Virus record (IMG/VR): IMGVR_UViG_3300046678_000420
Location: 25,948 to 89,947 of that record
From: a virus
Lineage: Duplodnaviria; Caudoviricetes
Direction: 5' to 3' (one strand)
DNA length: 64,000 nucleotides
Part shown: piece after piece, positions 55,802 to 64,000 of the stretch
How the letters are laid out: each line of letters begins with the position of its first letter
Numbering within the stretch: position 1 is the stretch's first letter
Program-made: the position numbers and the translations under genes
The notes under the pieces: model-generated
Seen by the model: the letters and a program-made list of their open reading frames with translations, nothing else
The model's database searches: none
What the model was told of the DNA's origin: nothing

Positions 55802-56083
55802 CTATCTCATGTGCTCGGGCCGGTCATTGGCCTTGGCGAACAGGTCCGCGACCATGGCCGGATCGGCCAAGCTGGGGTCATAGAACGCGTCTGTGTAGCT
55901 GGGTCGCTGCTTGCGTTCGTCCAGGACCGCGCGCAGCGCCTTGACGGGCTCTAACCGCTCGTTGCGACGCTCGCAGTGCCTCAGCGTGGTGCAGTAGATA
56001 GAGGTGTCACACGCGTACTCGTGGTCACGGATGATCCGTGCCTCTTGCTGGTCGAGCCACGCATAGAGCTCGCGGTCATTCAC
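55802..56083 (-). CDS. Hypothetical protein, unit 2 only
   Basis: GTG start overlapping the upstream stop; 93 aa. Confidence 0.55.
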   Translation of the reverse strand: MNDRELYAWLDQQEARIIRDHEYACDTSIYCTTLRHCERRNERLEPVKALRAVLDERKQRPSYTDAFYDPSLADPAMVADLFAKANDRPEHMR

Positions 56084-56261
56084 AGTCGGCCCCGTAGCGC
56101 TGGGGGAAGTCGAGGGCGCACTCATCGCACACGAACTCGTCGTCCAGCTCGGAGAGGATGCCGTGCTCGGTCCAGTTGCCACACTCGGAGCACTGATCCA
56201 AGCCGTCCGGTTCGTCTACCTCGTACTCTCCCAAGTCGTCACAGTCGCCTATGGTGAACAA
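56076..56261 (-). CDS. Small acidic zinc-finger protein (unit 2)
   Basis: AAGGAGG RBS; homolog of 12000-12179. Confidence 0.65.
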   Translation of the reverse strand: MFTIGDCDDLGEYEVDEPDGLDQCSECGNWTEHGILSELDDEFVCDECALDFPQRYGADCE

Positions 56262-56407
56262 CCTCCTTCGCAGCAGTCCGGGTAGCAGGCCAGGCAGCAT
56301 GCGCAGTCTCCGCAGAAGTCCACGCCGCATTCGTAGACGACGGAGGCCCGCGACTGGCGGGCCTCTCGCACCATCTGTTCAACTGTCCGGGCTTGGACGA
56401 TTGCCAT
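56249..56407 (-). CDS. 52-aa Cys-rich protein, unit 2 only
   Basis: ECGVDFCGDCACCLACYPDCCEGGCSP: 9 Cys in the last 26 aa. Confidence 0.6.
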   Translation of the reverse strand: MAIVQARTVEQMVREARQSRASVVYECGVDFCGDCACCLACYPDCCEGGCSP

Positions 56408-56441
56408 CCCTAGCCCGCCCTCTGTAAAGCTCCCCGCCGGC

Positions 56442-56948
56442 CTAGTCGTGGTCGTACCAAGCAACGTCGATGCCCCCGGCCGTCACGGTGATGATGGCGT
56501 GGTCTCCGAAGGCCGCCCTCAGGACGTGGTCGGCGGAGCCAGACCGAATCGCCTTGCTCAGGGCCTCCGCGAGCGCGTTCACCTCGGGGTAGAGGCCGTG
56601 CCGCGTCACGAACCGGCCGGTCCGGTCGTCCCACCGCTGCGTGCCCATCGTCGGGTGGTAGTCGCCCACCTCGAAGCCGTCCCCGTCGAAGTCGTCCGGG
56701 TCCTCCGGGTCCGCGTCGGCAACGGTCTGCACCCACACGTCGTAGGCGGAGAACTCGCACGGCTCCCCGTCGTTGAAGTACGGGACGTACTGACGCCAGC
56801 CGAACGCCTTCACATCCTGGTGGCCGACGAGCGGCCGGAGCAGATCGGCGAACTCCTCATCGGTGAGGACCGGGACCCGGTCGCGCTTGTTGTACGGGTA
56901 GACCTCGCCGGACAGGGGGATTCCGTGGAACGTCAGGGCAGGCTTCAA
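56442..56948 (-). CDS. Hypothetical protein with QYVPYFNDGEPCEF motif, unit 2 only
   Basis: GAAGGAG RBS; TTGA coupling to the DUF6915-like gene. Confidence 0.75.
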   Translation of the reverse strand: MKPALTFHGIPLSGEVYPYNKRDRVPVLTDEEFADLLRPLVGHQDVKAFGWRQYVPYFNDGEPCEFSAYDVWVQTVADADPEDPDDFDGDGFEVGDYHPTMGTQRWDDRTGRFVTRHGLYPEVNALAEALSKAIRSGSADHVLRAAFGDHAIITVTAGGIDVAWYDHD

Positions 56949-57307
56949 GCTGGGATCTCCTTCAACAGGTGGGACAGGGGGAGGGTTTTGCGCTGCGCGC
57001 CGGACATCCACGGCTCAAGTGGCATGCCCTTGATGTAGTCGGTCGGGCTGGGGAGCCAGCCGAGATCTTCGATGATGTGCCGCTCGGCGATGAGCCGGAC
57101 CGGGATCAACTTCCGGCCGACCTTCAGCGTCGGACCGAAGACGCGTTCACACAGGAACACCCCGGCGGTGTGGTGGTACATGCTGCGGTGCCGAGAGTCG
57201 CCGATGATCTCCTTAGAGGAGTCGATGAACGTCTCTATGGGGAGGTAGTCCTCCGGCGTGCCGCCCCACTTCCGGGCGGCTGATTGCGCGTGGTGCCAGC
57301 TATTCAT
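56945..57307 (-). CDS. DUF6915-like protein, unit 2 only
   Basis: HA.S.ARKWGG.PEDY..I..F.DSSK..D.RHR..HH..G..E..FG..H..EDLG..PS. Confidence 0.75.
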   Translation of the reverse strand: MNSWHHAQSAARKWGGTPEDYLPIETFIDSSKEIIGDSRHRSMYHHTAGVFLCERVFGPTLKVGRKLIPVRLIAERHIIEDLGWLPSPTDYIKGMPLEPWMSGAQRKTLPLSHLLKEIPA

Positions 57308-57426
57308 CCGGCGCCTTTGAGGAACAGCGCCCCAAGGAGAAGCATCCCGACCTCTGCGCAGAGAATCGCGACGAACCAGAAGACCCAGACGACCAGGAAG
57401 TACGCCCACGGAGGCAGGTCCCGCAC
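57304..57426 (-). CDS. 40-aa membrane peptide (unit 2)
   Basis: Homolog of 12176-12298. Confidence 0.6.
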   Translation of the reverse strand: MRDLPPWAYFLVVWVFWFVAILCAEVGMLLLGALFLKGAG

Positions 57427-57489
57427 TCAGCACCTTCTTTCAACACGAAGGGCCACCCCGAAGGGTGGCCCCGATGGTTTGGGGAGGGG

Positions 57490-57735
57490 TCAGGACTTGA
57501 CCCACGGGCCGACCTGCCGCGTAACGATCCACGCGGGGACGTCGGGGTGTTGCTCGTCGAAGTGGGCCAGGTCCAGGACGGCCAGCACCTCGGCGCTGTA
57601 GATGCCGATCACTTCGCCGCCTTCGGCGATGACGGCCCACTCGGTCGCCATGTTGTCCACGATGGTGTGAAGCTCGATGTTGTCGAGGAACAGCCGCCCG
57701 ACTTCGTTGAAGGCGTCTTCTATCAGCGTGCCCAT
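57490..57735 (-). CDS. Hypothetical protein (unit 2)
   Basis: Homolog of 12362-12607. Confidence 0.65.
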   Translation of the reverse strand: MGTLIEDAFNEVGRLFLDNIELHTIVDNMATEWAVIAEGGEVIGIYSAEVLAVLDLAHFDEQHPDVPAWIVTRQVGPWVKS

Positions 57736-57739
57736 TCGG

Positions 57740-57931
57740 TCAGGCTGCCCTTCCGTAGTTGTAACCCTGGTCGTAGACGTAGAAAGCCTCACGGATACGA
57801 GCCGACGCGGAGCGGAGTCCTTCCGGGTTGTCCTCGGAGATGGACTGAAGGCGCATCACAGCGACCATGTGTTCCGGGTACTGCGAATACTGGGTGATGG
57901 CCTGTAGAGCCGCGTCGAGCGTGTATCCCAC
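57740..57931 (-). CDS. Hypothetical protein (unit 2)
   Basis: Homolog of 12612-12803. Confidence 0.7.
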   Translation of the reverse strand: MGYTLDAALQAITQYSQYPEHMVAVMRLQSISEDNPEGLRSASARIREAFYVYDQGYNYGRAA

Positions 57932-58903
57932 TGCCTAACCTCCCGGGGGGTGGTGGTGTGCTGGCTCCGTCACTGTATCTCCCTTGATGCAGATGCGTCA
58001 ATGGAGTTATGCCACTGCCCCCGGCGGGGGCCCCAAGGGGGACCCATCGAGTCCGCGACATGGGCCGCGATTCGCGGACCGATTCAGGGTCCAGATTCAA
58101 GGCCGCGTTTCCGTGCCCATTTCTGAGGCCGTTCCTGAGTCCGTTTTCGAGGCCGTTTCGGGGGCCATTTCCGGGGCCACCTTGTAGTGGTGGCCGTTCC
58201 TGGGTGTCGCCCGGGGGAGCAGACCCGGCCACGCAAGCGCGGAGCCGTCGCCGTAGTGGCTCCCGCTGGGGCGTGCGTCGGTGCGTCACCTGAGGCCGTG
58301 TCCTGGGGCTTCGGTTCCGCGGGCTGCTTTACAGCTCCTCGCCGGCAAAGCTGCCGGGACTTCGTCGACGAACCGCGGCCTGCTTTACAGCTCGCGGCCG
58401 GCACGGCATGCGCGTGCGGCAGCTCGGTTACGCGACGGTCGTGCGCCGTGCTCTGTTGAGCCTGCCGAGCGGCAGCAGGAGCCCGTCCAGGCCGGGCCCG
58501 AAAAATGACCGCGTCGGCCATGGGTCGCTGGTTGATGGCCCTACTTGCAAAAAACTTTGTGCTTGGCTGCAACCCCGGCGGGCGCGCACGAGGGGCTACA
58601 AACTGCCCTCGGCCCGGTTGGCGCAGATCTCCCATGCTCGCCCAGCAATTCCCGGTGATGTCACGGGATGTCCGTTTAGGGGCATGGGGGTGCCTTTGTG
58701 GGGTCGGCGGAAAGCAATTTCGGGCAGTCCTTACGCGGCCCCTTTCGGGCCGTTGTTCTACCGCGTCTGACCAGCATTCCACTCACGTCCGGGCAGGTCA
58801 AACCCTGTTTTCATACCTCCCTTGACACGCTTTACAGCGGTCGTGCATCGTCTTGCCTCGCCAGCAAGACACCGAACACCGGAACGACCGAAAGGGAATG
58901 CAC

Positions 58904-59983
58904 ATGCCTAGCGCATACAAGACTCGTGAGGCCTGGCTACATGGCGCGTACCGCCTGATGCGTAAGCGGTTCGCCGAGATTGATTGCCAGGTGCCTACCG
59001 ACTTCCACGTGTCCGTGGGATTCAAGCCTGCCGGGGGATACGAGTCGGCCCGGGTTATGGGCTGTTGCTACCGACGCGTTGCGTCAACTGCCAACGTGAA
59101 CGAGATTTTCATCTCCCCCGAATGGGATGACCCGATAGAGATCCTGGCCACGTTCGCACATGAGCTTATTCACGCATCGTCTGACTGTGCAGACGGTCAC
59201 GGGTACGGCTTTAAGCGGTACGCGGTGCCGTTCGGCCTCACGGGGAAGATGACCGCGACCTATGCCGGTCCGGAGCTTGAGAAGTGGCTCAAGATGGTTT
59301 CGGCAACGCTGGGCCCGTACCCGCATGCGAAGACGCGGATTTTCGCGCTCAAGCGTATTTCGCAGACGGGCCCGGATGGACGGCCGGACGGCACGCCTGG
59401 CGCTTCGGGTGGTGGCGAGGGTGGCGGGAAGATACATTCCGGCCGTCCGAAGCAAGCAACGGCAATGCTCAAGCTTGAGTGCGTCAACCCCACATGCGGA
59501 TTCATCGCACGCGCCACGGCGAAAAACCTTGACCTCGGAATGCCTATCTGCGCATGCGGTACGCCTCTCTCGTCTCCGCAGTACGCGGAAGTGCTGTATG
59601 AGCGGCTGTTCAACGTCGGACCCTGGCAGGGTGACCCCTGGTACAAGTTCGGCAGGGACTTGGAAGACCTTGAGAAGCGGCGCGAGTGGTCGCGGGCCCG
59701 TGGGTTCCTGCCCGCGCTCGGCGCTGCGGTTACGACTGTCGTTAAGGCCGTAACCAAAAAGGTCGCTAAGCCGAAGGCTCCGACCCTCCCGGCTCCCACT
59801 GCCGAAGCTATGGCCAAGATGCGGCAGACGCTTTCGGAGTACTACTTGGAACCGTACCCGGCAACTCTCGCCGATGAGGAACGGCACTCCGAAGAGGCGC
59901 TGTATATGTGGGACCTGGCCGAACAACTGGCTTCCCTGTTCCAAGACATCGACGCTGCAATGACCGACGCCGTTACCGCCTAA
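58904..59983 (+). CDS. SprT-like metalloprotease (unit 2)
   Basis: FAHELIHA; homolog of 13773-14843. Confidence 0.75.
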   Translation: MPSAYKTREAWLHGAYRLMRKRFAEIDCQVPTDFHVSVGFKPAGGYESARVMGCCYRRVASTANVNEIFISPEWDDPIEILATFAHELIHASSDCADGHGYGFKRYAVPFGLTGKMTATYAGPELEKWLKMVSATLGPYPHAKTRIFALKRISQTGPDGRPDGTPGASGGGEGGGKIHSGRPKQATAMLKLECVNPTCGFIARATAKNLDLGMPICACGTPLSSPQYAEVLYERLFNVGPWQGDPWYKFGRDLEDLEKRREWSRARGFLPALGAAVTTVVKAVTKKVAKPKAPTLPAPTAEAMAKMRQTLSEYYLEPYPATLADEERHSEEALYMWDLAEQLASLFQDIDAAMTDAVTA

Positions 59984-60001
59984 GCGGAGAAGGGTTTAGC
60001 C

Positions 60002-60403
60002 ATGAAGGCCTGGAATTACGACGCACCCAAGATGGTGCTTGACGTCCGCGTGGATTACTCGACTGTGCTTATCGCGCCGGACGGTCACGAGATGTTCGGC
60101 CGGAATCAGGTCCGGCCCTATGAGCTTCGCGAGATCCGCGAAACGATGGCGGAGGCGCTGACTCCCAAGGGCTACCGGCTCAAGGTTGAGCGGCGCGTGA
60201 GTACGTGGTGGGTTCCCGCGTGCTGGTACTGCCAGGCTCGCCCGTGTGCGATCGACTTCGACTGTGACGGCCCTTACCGCACGGTCACCTGTGACACGGA
60301 GCAGTGCCGCCAGGGCCACAACCCGGATAACTCCGATTGGGTCGCGGGCAAGGGGCCGCTTTGGGGCCCGGAGCATCCCGAATGGGGCGCGATAGCGGCC
60401 TAG
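60002..60403 (+). CDS. Hypothetical protein (unit 2)
   Basis: Shorter homolog of 14862-15368. Confidence 0.7.
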   Translation: MKAWNYDAPKMVLDVRVDYSTVLIAPDGHEMFGRNQVRPYELREIRETMAEALTPKGYRLKVERRVSTWWVPACWYCQARPCAIDFDCDGPYRTVTCDTEQCRQGHNPDNSDWVAGKGPLWGPEHPEWGAIAA

Positions 60404-60544
60404 CCGCAGCGACGAGGGGCTAAGGCGTGCTGCCTTAGCCCCTTTCGCTTGCCACGAGCCTAACTCCCTTGACGCATGCTTTAAAGCCTGGCAAGATCTG
60501 GCCTGCCAGCAAGACACCATCCGCACTAACCGAAAGGCAAGACC

Positions 60545-61228
60545 GTGAGCATCCACAACGGCAGCTATCGCCCGAACGCTAAGGGCGCGACCTCGCTCCG
60601 CGACGCTCGCCCGTTGTACGTCGGAAACGACCGGGTCATCGTTGAGGTTTACCCGTGGGAGGGTGGCCAGTGGATGACCATCTTTGTCGGGTGCAAGGCG
60701 GCTTTTGAGGGCCCGATTCCCGCTGGCATTGAGTACGACGCGGAGTTCTACGCGTTCATCCATGAAAGCGTTGAGGCCTTTGCCGCTAAGCGGGCTAAGG
60801 CGGAGGCGGCTAAGGCGGAGCCGGTTAAGGCTGCGACCCGGAAGCACGGAAGGCGGACCATGAGCGATTACGAAACCCGGTTCGGATTCATCTACGCGAC
60901 GTTCACCACCATCGGGCAGGCCTCCCACGAAGCATGCGTGAGCGTCTACATAGACGACGCGACGCGTCGCCCCCACACCTGGCCTTCGTTCTGCGTCGCC
61001 CTGGCGGACGAGACGCCGGAATCGGTCCGCCTCGCGCTCCGCACTGCCACTGAGCGCATGGGCCGGGAATACGGTGTCGCGGGCATGACGTGGAACCCCT
61101 CCTATGAGGGATTCCGAGGTTGCCAGTGGAACCCGGACACGCTCCGCCCCGTGAACGGTCGGGCTCTCCGGGACAGCATCGCGATTCCGGCCGTCCGGCG
61201 TCCGGCGCACGCTAAGGCGGTTGCGTAA
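60545..61228 (+). CDS. Hypothetical protein (unit 2)
   Basis: Homolog of 15506-16192. Confidence 0.75.
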   Translation: MSIHNGSYRPNAKGATSLRDARPLYVGNDRVIVEVYPWEGGQWMTIFVGCKAAFEGPIPAGIEYDAEFYAFIHESVEAFAAKRAKAEAAKAEPVKAATRKHGRRTMSDYETRFGFIYATFTTIGQASHEACVSVYIDDATRRPHTWPSFCVALADETPESVRLALRTATERMGREYGVAGMTWNPSYEGFRGCQWNPDTLRPVNGRALRDSIAIPAVRRPAHAKAVA

Positions 61229-61440
61229 TGGCGTGGGTGGCGTTCTTCGCAGTGGTCGCACTCGGCTTCTACGGCACGCGGGCAAAGGCGAAGCAAGCGG
61301 AGCGGATCACCGCTCAAGAGCGGGCACGCGAGCAAGCGGCGAAGTGCGCGGAGGCGCGGCTACTCAAGGAAGCCGAGGAAATCAGGGCGCGTCAACCGGC
61401 GCCCCGACGCGGACGGCCCCGGAAGACCACAACCCCATAG
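61228..61440 (+). CDS. Small membrane-anchored protein (unit 2)
   Basis: Homolog of 16192-16404. Confidence 0.75.
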   Translation: MAWVAFFAVVALGFYGTRAKAKQAERITAQERAREQAAKCAEARLLKEAEEIRARQPAPRRGRPRKTTTP

Positions 61441-61619
61441 CGCGCAACGGTAGGGCCCTCTTCGGAGGGCCCTTTTTTCGTGCCCTGGTACAGCCAAAAG
61501 GAGAAACGGCCGGAGAGCGATTCTAAGGCTAGGCCGGCGTGGGTTTGCTTGCCCGGATACCCAAGGTGCGAGAAAGGCCCCTCACGGGGCTGTGAGAGGC
61601 CTTCCCGGGGGTGTTCTGT

Positions 61620-61886
61620 CTAGCGGCCCATCGCGCCGAAAACAAAATGCGGCGTAGTCGAGACAGGCTTAACGGACATGGCAATGAGTCCGCGTGTTTC
61701 CCACATGAACGACCCGGAGAACCGCTCGAACGCTTCCGCCTGCGCCTCCTGGACGTTGTCGGCCGACAGGTAGAGGGTCGTAGCCAGCCGTCCATAAGAG
61801 TCGGACGTAGCGGCAAGACCGGGGAACGGCTCCGGCGCGTTCCCAGAGTCGATGTCCCACACGGCCGTCACGGCGTAGTCAGTCAT
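61620..61886 (-). CDS. Hypothetical protein (unit 2)
   Basis: Homolog of 16583-16852. Confidence 0.7.
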   Translation of the reverse strand: MTDYAVTAVWDIDSGNAPEPFPGLAATSDSYGRLATTLYLSADNVQEAQAEAFERFSGSFMWETRGLIAMSVKPVSTTPHFVFGAMGR

Positions 61887-61961
61887 GCAGCCATCTTGCC
61901 AGGAGCGCAGAGAGGCCCACCCCCAATAAGGGGATGGGCCCACACGCGCTTTACAGCGCGC

Positions 61962-62240
61962 CTACAGCTCCGAGAAGTCCACTCCGAACATGGCCAGCCA
62001 ATGCGACAAGCGGAGGACGTCTCGCACGCTCTCCGGGTACGCGTGACGCATACGCGCCCGGACCGCGTCCGGCGTTTCCTGCCACCTATCCGCCGGAACC
62101 CAGATCACCCGAACCCACGCCGTCACGCTTCCGGCCCTCCGGCCCTCCGCGTACTCCACCGCGACTTTGTAGCCCTGGGAAGCGGCTATCTCAGACAGGC
62201 GGTCTACGGCTGCCGGAATCTCGACTACCCCGCCGGTCAC
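61962..62240 (-). CDS. Hypothetical protein (unit 2)
   Basis: Homolog of 16927-17205. Confidence 0.7.
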   Translation of the reverse strand: MTGGVVEIPAAVDRLSEIAASQGYKVAVEYAEGRRAGSVTAWVRVIWVPADRWQETPDAVRARMRHAYPESVRDVLRLSHWLAMFGVDFSEL

Positions 62241-62452
62241 TCCGCGTCCCCCGTCAGGAACTCCCACGCCGCTTGCATGGCGTCATCGAACGTGGCGAAT
62301 CCGTCGCCTACCTGTTCCCCATCCACCCATGCGGTAATCCGGCCGTCCATACTGCGCACGACCTTTGCAGGGCTGTGCACACTCACGCGCGGGTGGATCA
62401 GGTCGAATCGGTTAGGGCCGAACTTCTCCCACTCAAACCCGTAGCCGCTCAC
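62237..62452 (-). CDS. Hypothetical protein (unit 2)
   Basis: Homolog of 17202-17411. Confidence 0.7.
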   Translation of the reverse strand: MSGYGFEWEKFGPNRFDLIHPRVSVHSPAKVVRSMDGRITAWVDGEQVGDGFATFDDAMQAAWEFLTGDAE

Positions 62453-62634
62453 GAGCAATCCCCGCCCTTGAACCCCAGGATGTTGCCGAAGAATCCGACC
62501 TCGCCCCGGTACTCAAGCCCTACACAGTGCGTGGCGTCCGTCTGGACCACCACACCGGCCTGCCCCGGGTTGCTGTACGTCTGAACGTGCCCGCCGCACA
62601 CAGCGGCTATCAGGGCCAACAGCAAGGCAATCAT
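62449..62634 (-). CDS. Small secreted Gly/Cys peptide A (unit 2)
   Basis: Homolog of 17408-17593. Confidence 0.7.
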   Translation of the reverse strand: MIALLLALIAAVCGGHVQTYSNPGQAGVVVQTDATHCVGLEYRGEVGFFGNILGFKGGDCS

Positions 62635-62846
62635 CCGCAGTCGCCACCCTTGAAACCGAAGGCGTTGCCGAAGTAGCCGATGTGACCGCGAGTCTCATAG
62701 CCGATGCACTGACCATGACCAAAGCTAACGACCACACCTCGATTGCTCGACTTGTGTCCGTAGCCGTACGTCATCCAATGCCAGTGATGCACGTGGTGCG
62801 TCATCAGGATGTGCAGGAGCACAGACAGTGCGTGATACCAGGACAT
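62631..62846 (-). CDS. Small Gly/Cys/His peptide B (unit 2)
   Basis: Homolog of 17590-17805. Confidence 0.7.
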   Translation of the reverse strand: MSWYHALSVLLHILMTHHVHHWHWMTYGYGHKSSNRGVVVSFGHGQCIGYETRGHIGYFGNAFGFKGGDCG

Positions 62847-63723
62847 GCGCTTGTGCCTTCCATGTGTCGTGTCAGCCGCTCCGTGGGCGGTGCGGCCGGT
62901 CTTGCTGGCAAGGCACATGTCTAGGCCCCAGGTCACCAGTGCGTCAAGTGAGGTACGAGTCACTGCCAATGAGGCGCACATCACATTCACTAGGTAGACC
63001 AATCAGCCATCAGCCCGAGGCTGGCTGAGGCTAAGCCGCTGGTCAGACAGGCCATATAGGCCCGGGGGGTCACTAGACCACACCCATACACCCGTCGCCC
63101 GCCAGCGACCAGGGCGGCGACCGGACAACAGGGCAGTCCGTCATGTCCAAGTCTGCCCGACTTTGACTAATCCAGTATGCCCGATTGTATCGTTTATATG
63201 GCGCTTGATTGAAGACACTACCCATATGGGGGTGTCATAAGTCTAATGTCCGTTTTGCACAAGACCCGCGCAGGCTTATTTTTTTCGCCGCAAGTTAGAC
63301 CGACTTTGGTGATGGAGACGCCAAAAGGCCCTCCCAGGACTGGAGGGCCACTTTCGATGACCATCCGGCCCCGGGAGGGCCGTGGTTCGAGGATTGCACG
63401 GCCTCCCGCCATGCGTCAAGCGAGTTATATTCCCTGGTCAGACATGCGTGATGCAGATCACACGGCCTAGTGTCCACTCTTCGACGAGACGACAGACCCT
63501 ATGTCTATGGGGGGTAAGGGGGGGATCTACTTACCTTCATAGGCCCGACAGGGCCATGTGTACTTACCTCATAGCTTTCGGTAACGAGCCCCTGAGGGCT
63601 CGCATCTCTGAACCTTCGGCCGCTAAGGCGGCCTCTAAGGAGCCACCCCTTAAGGCTGGCTCTTATAGAGGGTGCTTCAACATCCGGCCGCTAACGGCCT
63701 TCCGGCCGTTTGGGGGTTAACTC

Positions 63724-64000
63724 ATGCCACGGTCGATGTGCCGACGCTGTCGGCGGTTAGTGCCGTTAGGTCAACCCTTCTGCTGGGAACATAGGGCAGC
63801 CGATCGTTACTCGGCTGCATGGAACTTAAACAGTAAGGCCGCTAGAGCGGCTAACCCTTTCTGCGTCAAGTGCGGATCGGTATTCGATCTCACGGCTGAT
63901 CACATCATTCCGCGTTCACGCGGCGGGACTGACCACATGTCGAACATTCAGGTTCTCTGCCGTTCGTGCAACAGCCGGAAGCACAACCGCCCGAGGGGGT
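63724..64000 (+). CDS. HNH endonuclease (unit 2; stop codon cut by the window edge)
   Basis: Near-identical to 18682-18960. Confidence 0.9.
   Translation, partial: MPRSMCRRCRRLVPLGQPFCWEHRAADRYSAAWNLNSKAARAANPFCVKCGSVFDLTADHIIPRSRGGTDHMSNIQVLCRSCNSRKHNRPRG

Larger units (their letters stand above)
2605..61957. repeat. Dispersed tripartite motif CCGGC-N5-GCTKTAMAGC-(N5/N7)-GCGG, at least 41 copies (putative operator/stoperator)
   Basis: 10-mer core starts: 2615, 4040, 6359, 7826, 9361, 9854, 11735, 13194, 13251, 13698, 15439, 16913, 19436, 20379, 21432, 25085, 27581, 28179, 29865, 33028, 33151, 34714, 37493, 38061, 38796, 41164, 41717, 43829, 44595, 47386, 48811, 51132, 52638, 54168, 55547, 56421, 58326, 58382, 58829, 60478, 61948. 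In 35 of the 41, CCGGC/GCCGG sits exactly 5 nt from the core. Confidence 0.95.
41715..64000. mobile_element. Related temperate prophage, unit 2 (continues beyond the window)
   Basis: Repressor, exonuclease, then the same gene order as 1-18960 at an offset of about 44.8-45.0 kb, with homologous but non-identical proteins. The left boundary is approximate. Confidence 0.92.

Noticed and set aside
1-64000. CRISPR array, tRNA/rRNA genes, reverse transcriptase (DGR or retron)
   Set aside because: The repeated motif is dispersed rather than regularly spaced, and no cloverleaf, rRNA-like sequence or RT motifs were seen by eye.

Overview
High-GC actinobacterial (probably streptomycete) DNA holding two related temperate siphoviruses in direct tandem, with a repeat period of about 44.8-45.0 kb. 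Position 1 corresponds to 44778, and HNH 18682 corresponds to 63724. Unit 1 runs from inside a DnaB-like helicase through replication genes, accessory genes, HNH/terminase, an HK97-type head, tail and lysis genes to a large serine integrase (39201-41273). After one host-like gene (41340-41714), unit 2 begins with an L5 gp71-type immunity repressor and repeats the same gene order up to the HNH gene, with different accessory cargo. The strongest unexplained signal is a tripartite ~30 bp motif, CCGGC-N5-GCTKTAMAGC-(N5 or N7)-GCGG, found at least 41 times by manual reading. It lies at gene ends, inside promoters and inside coding sequences, and is kept even where the two phage proteins have diverged, which suggests an operator/stoperator network. 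Other notable items are a second GTCAAG-containing promoter/dyad motif, a 31% histidine protein in a cassette between terS and terL, and twin Gly/Cys micro-proteins. There are also twin Lsr2 genes (one lacking the RGR hook), an integrase with an IS5-transposase-like insertion, an SOS box upstream of the repressor, and TTA codons in packaging and head genes. All family assignments come from motif recognition by eye; no database search was run.
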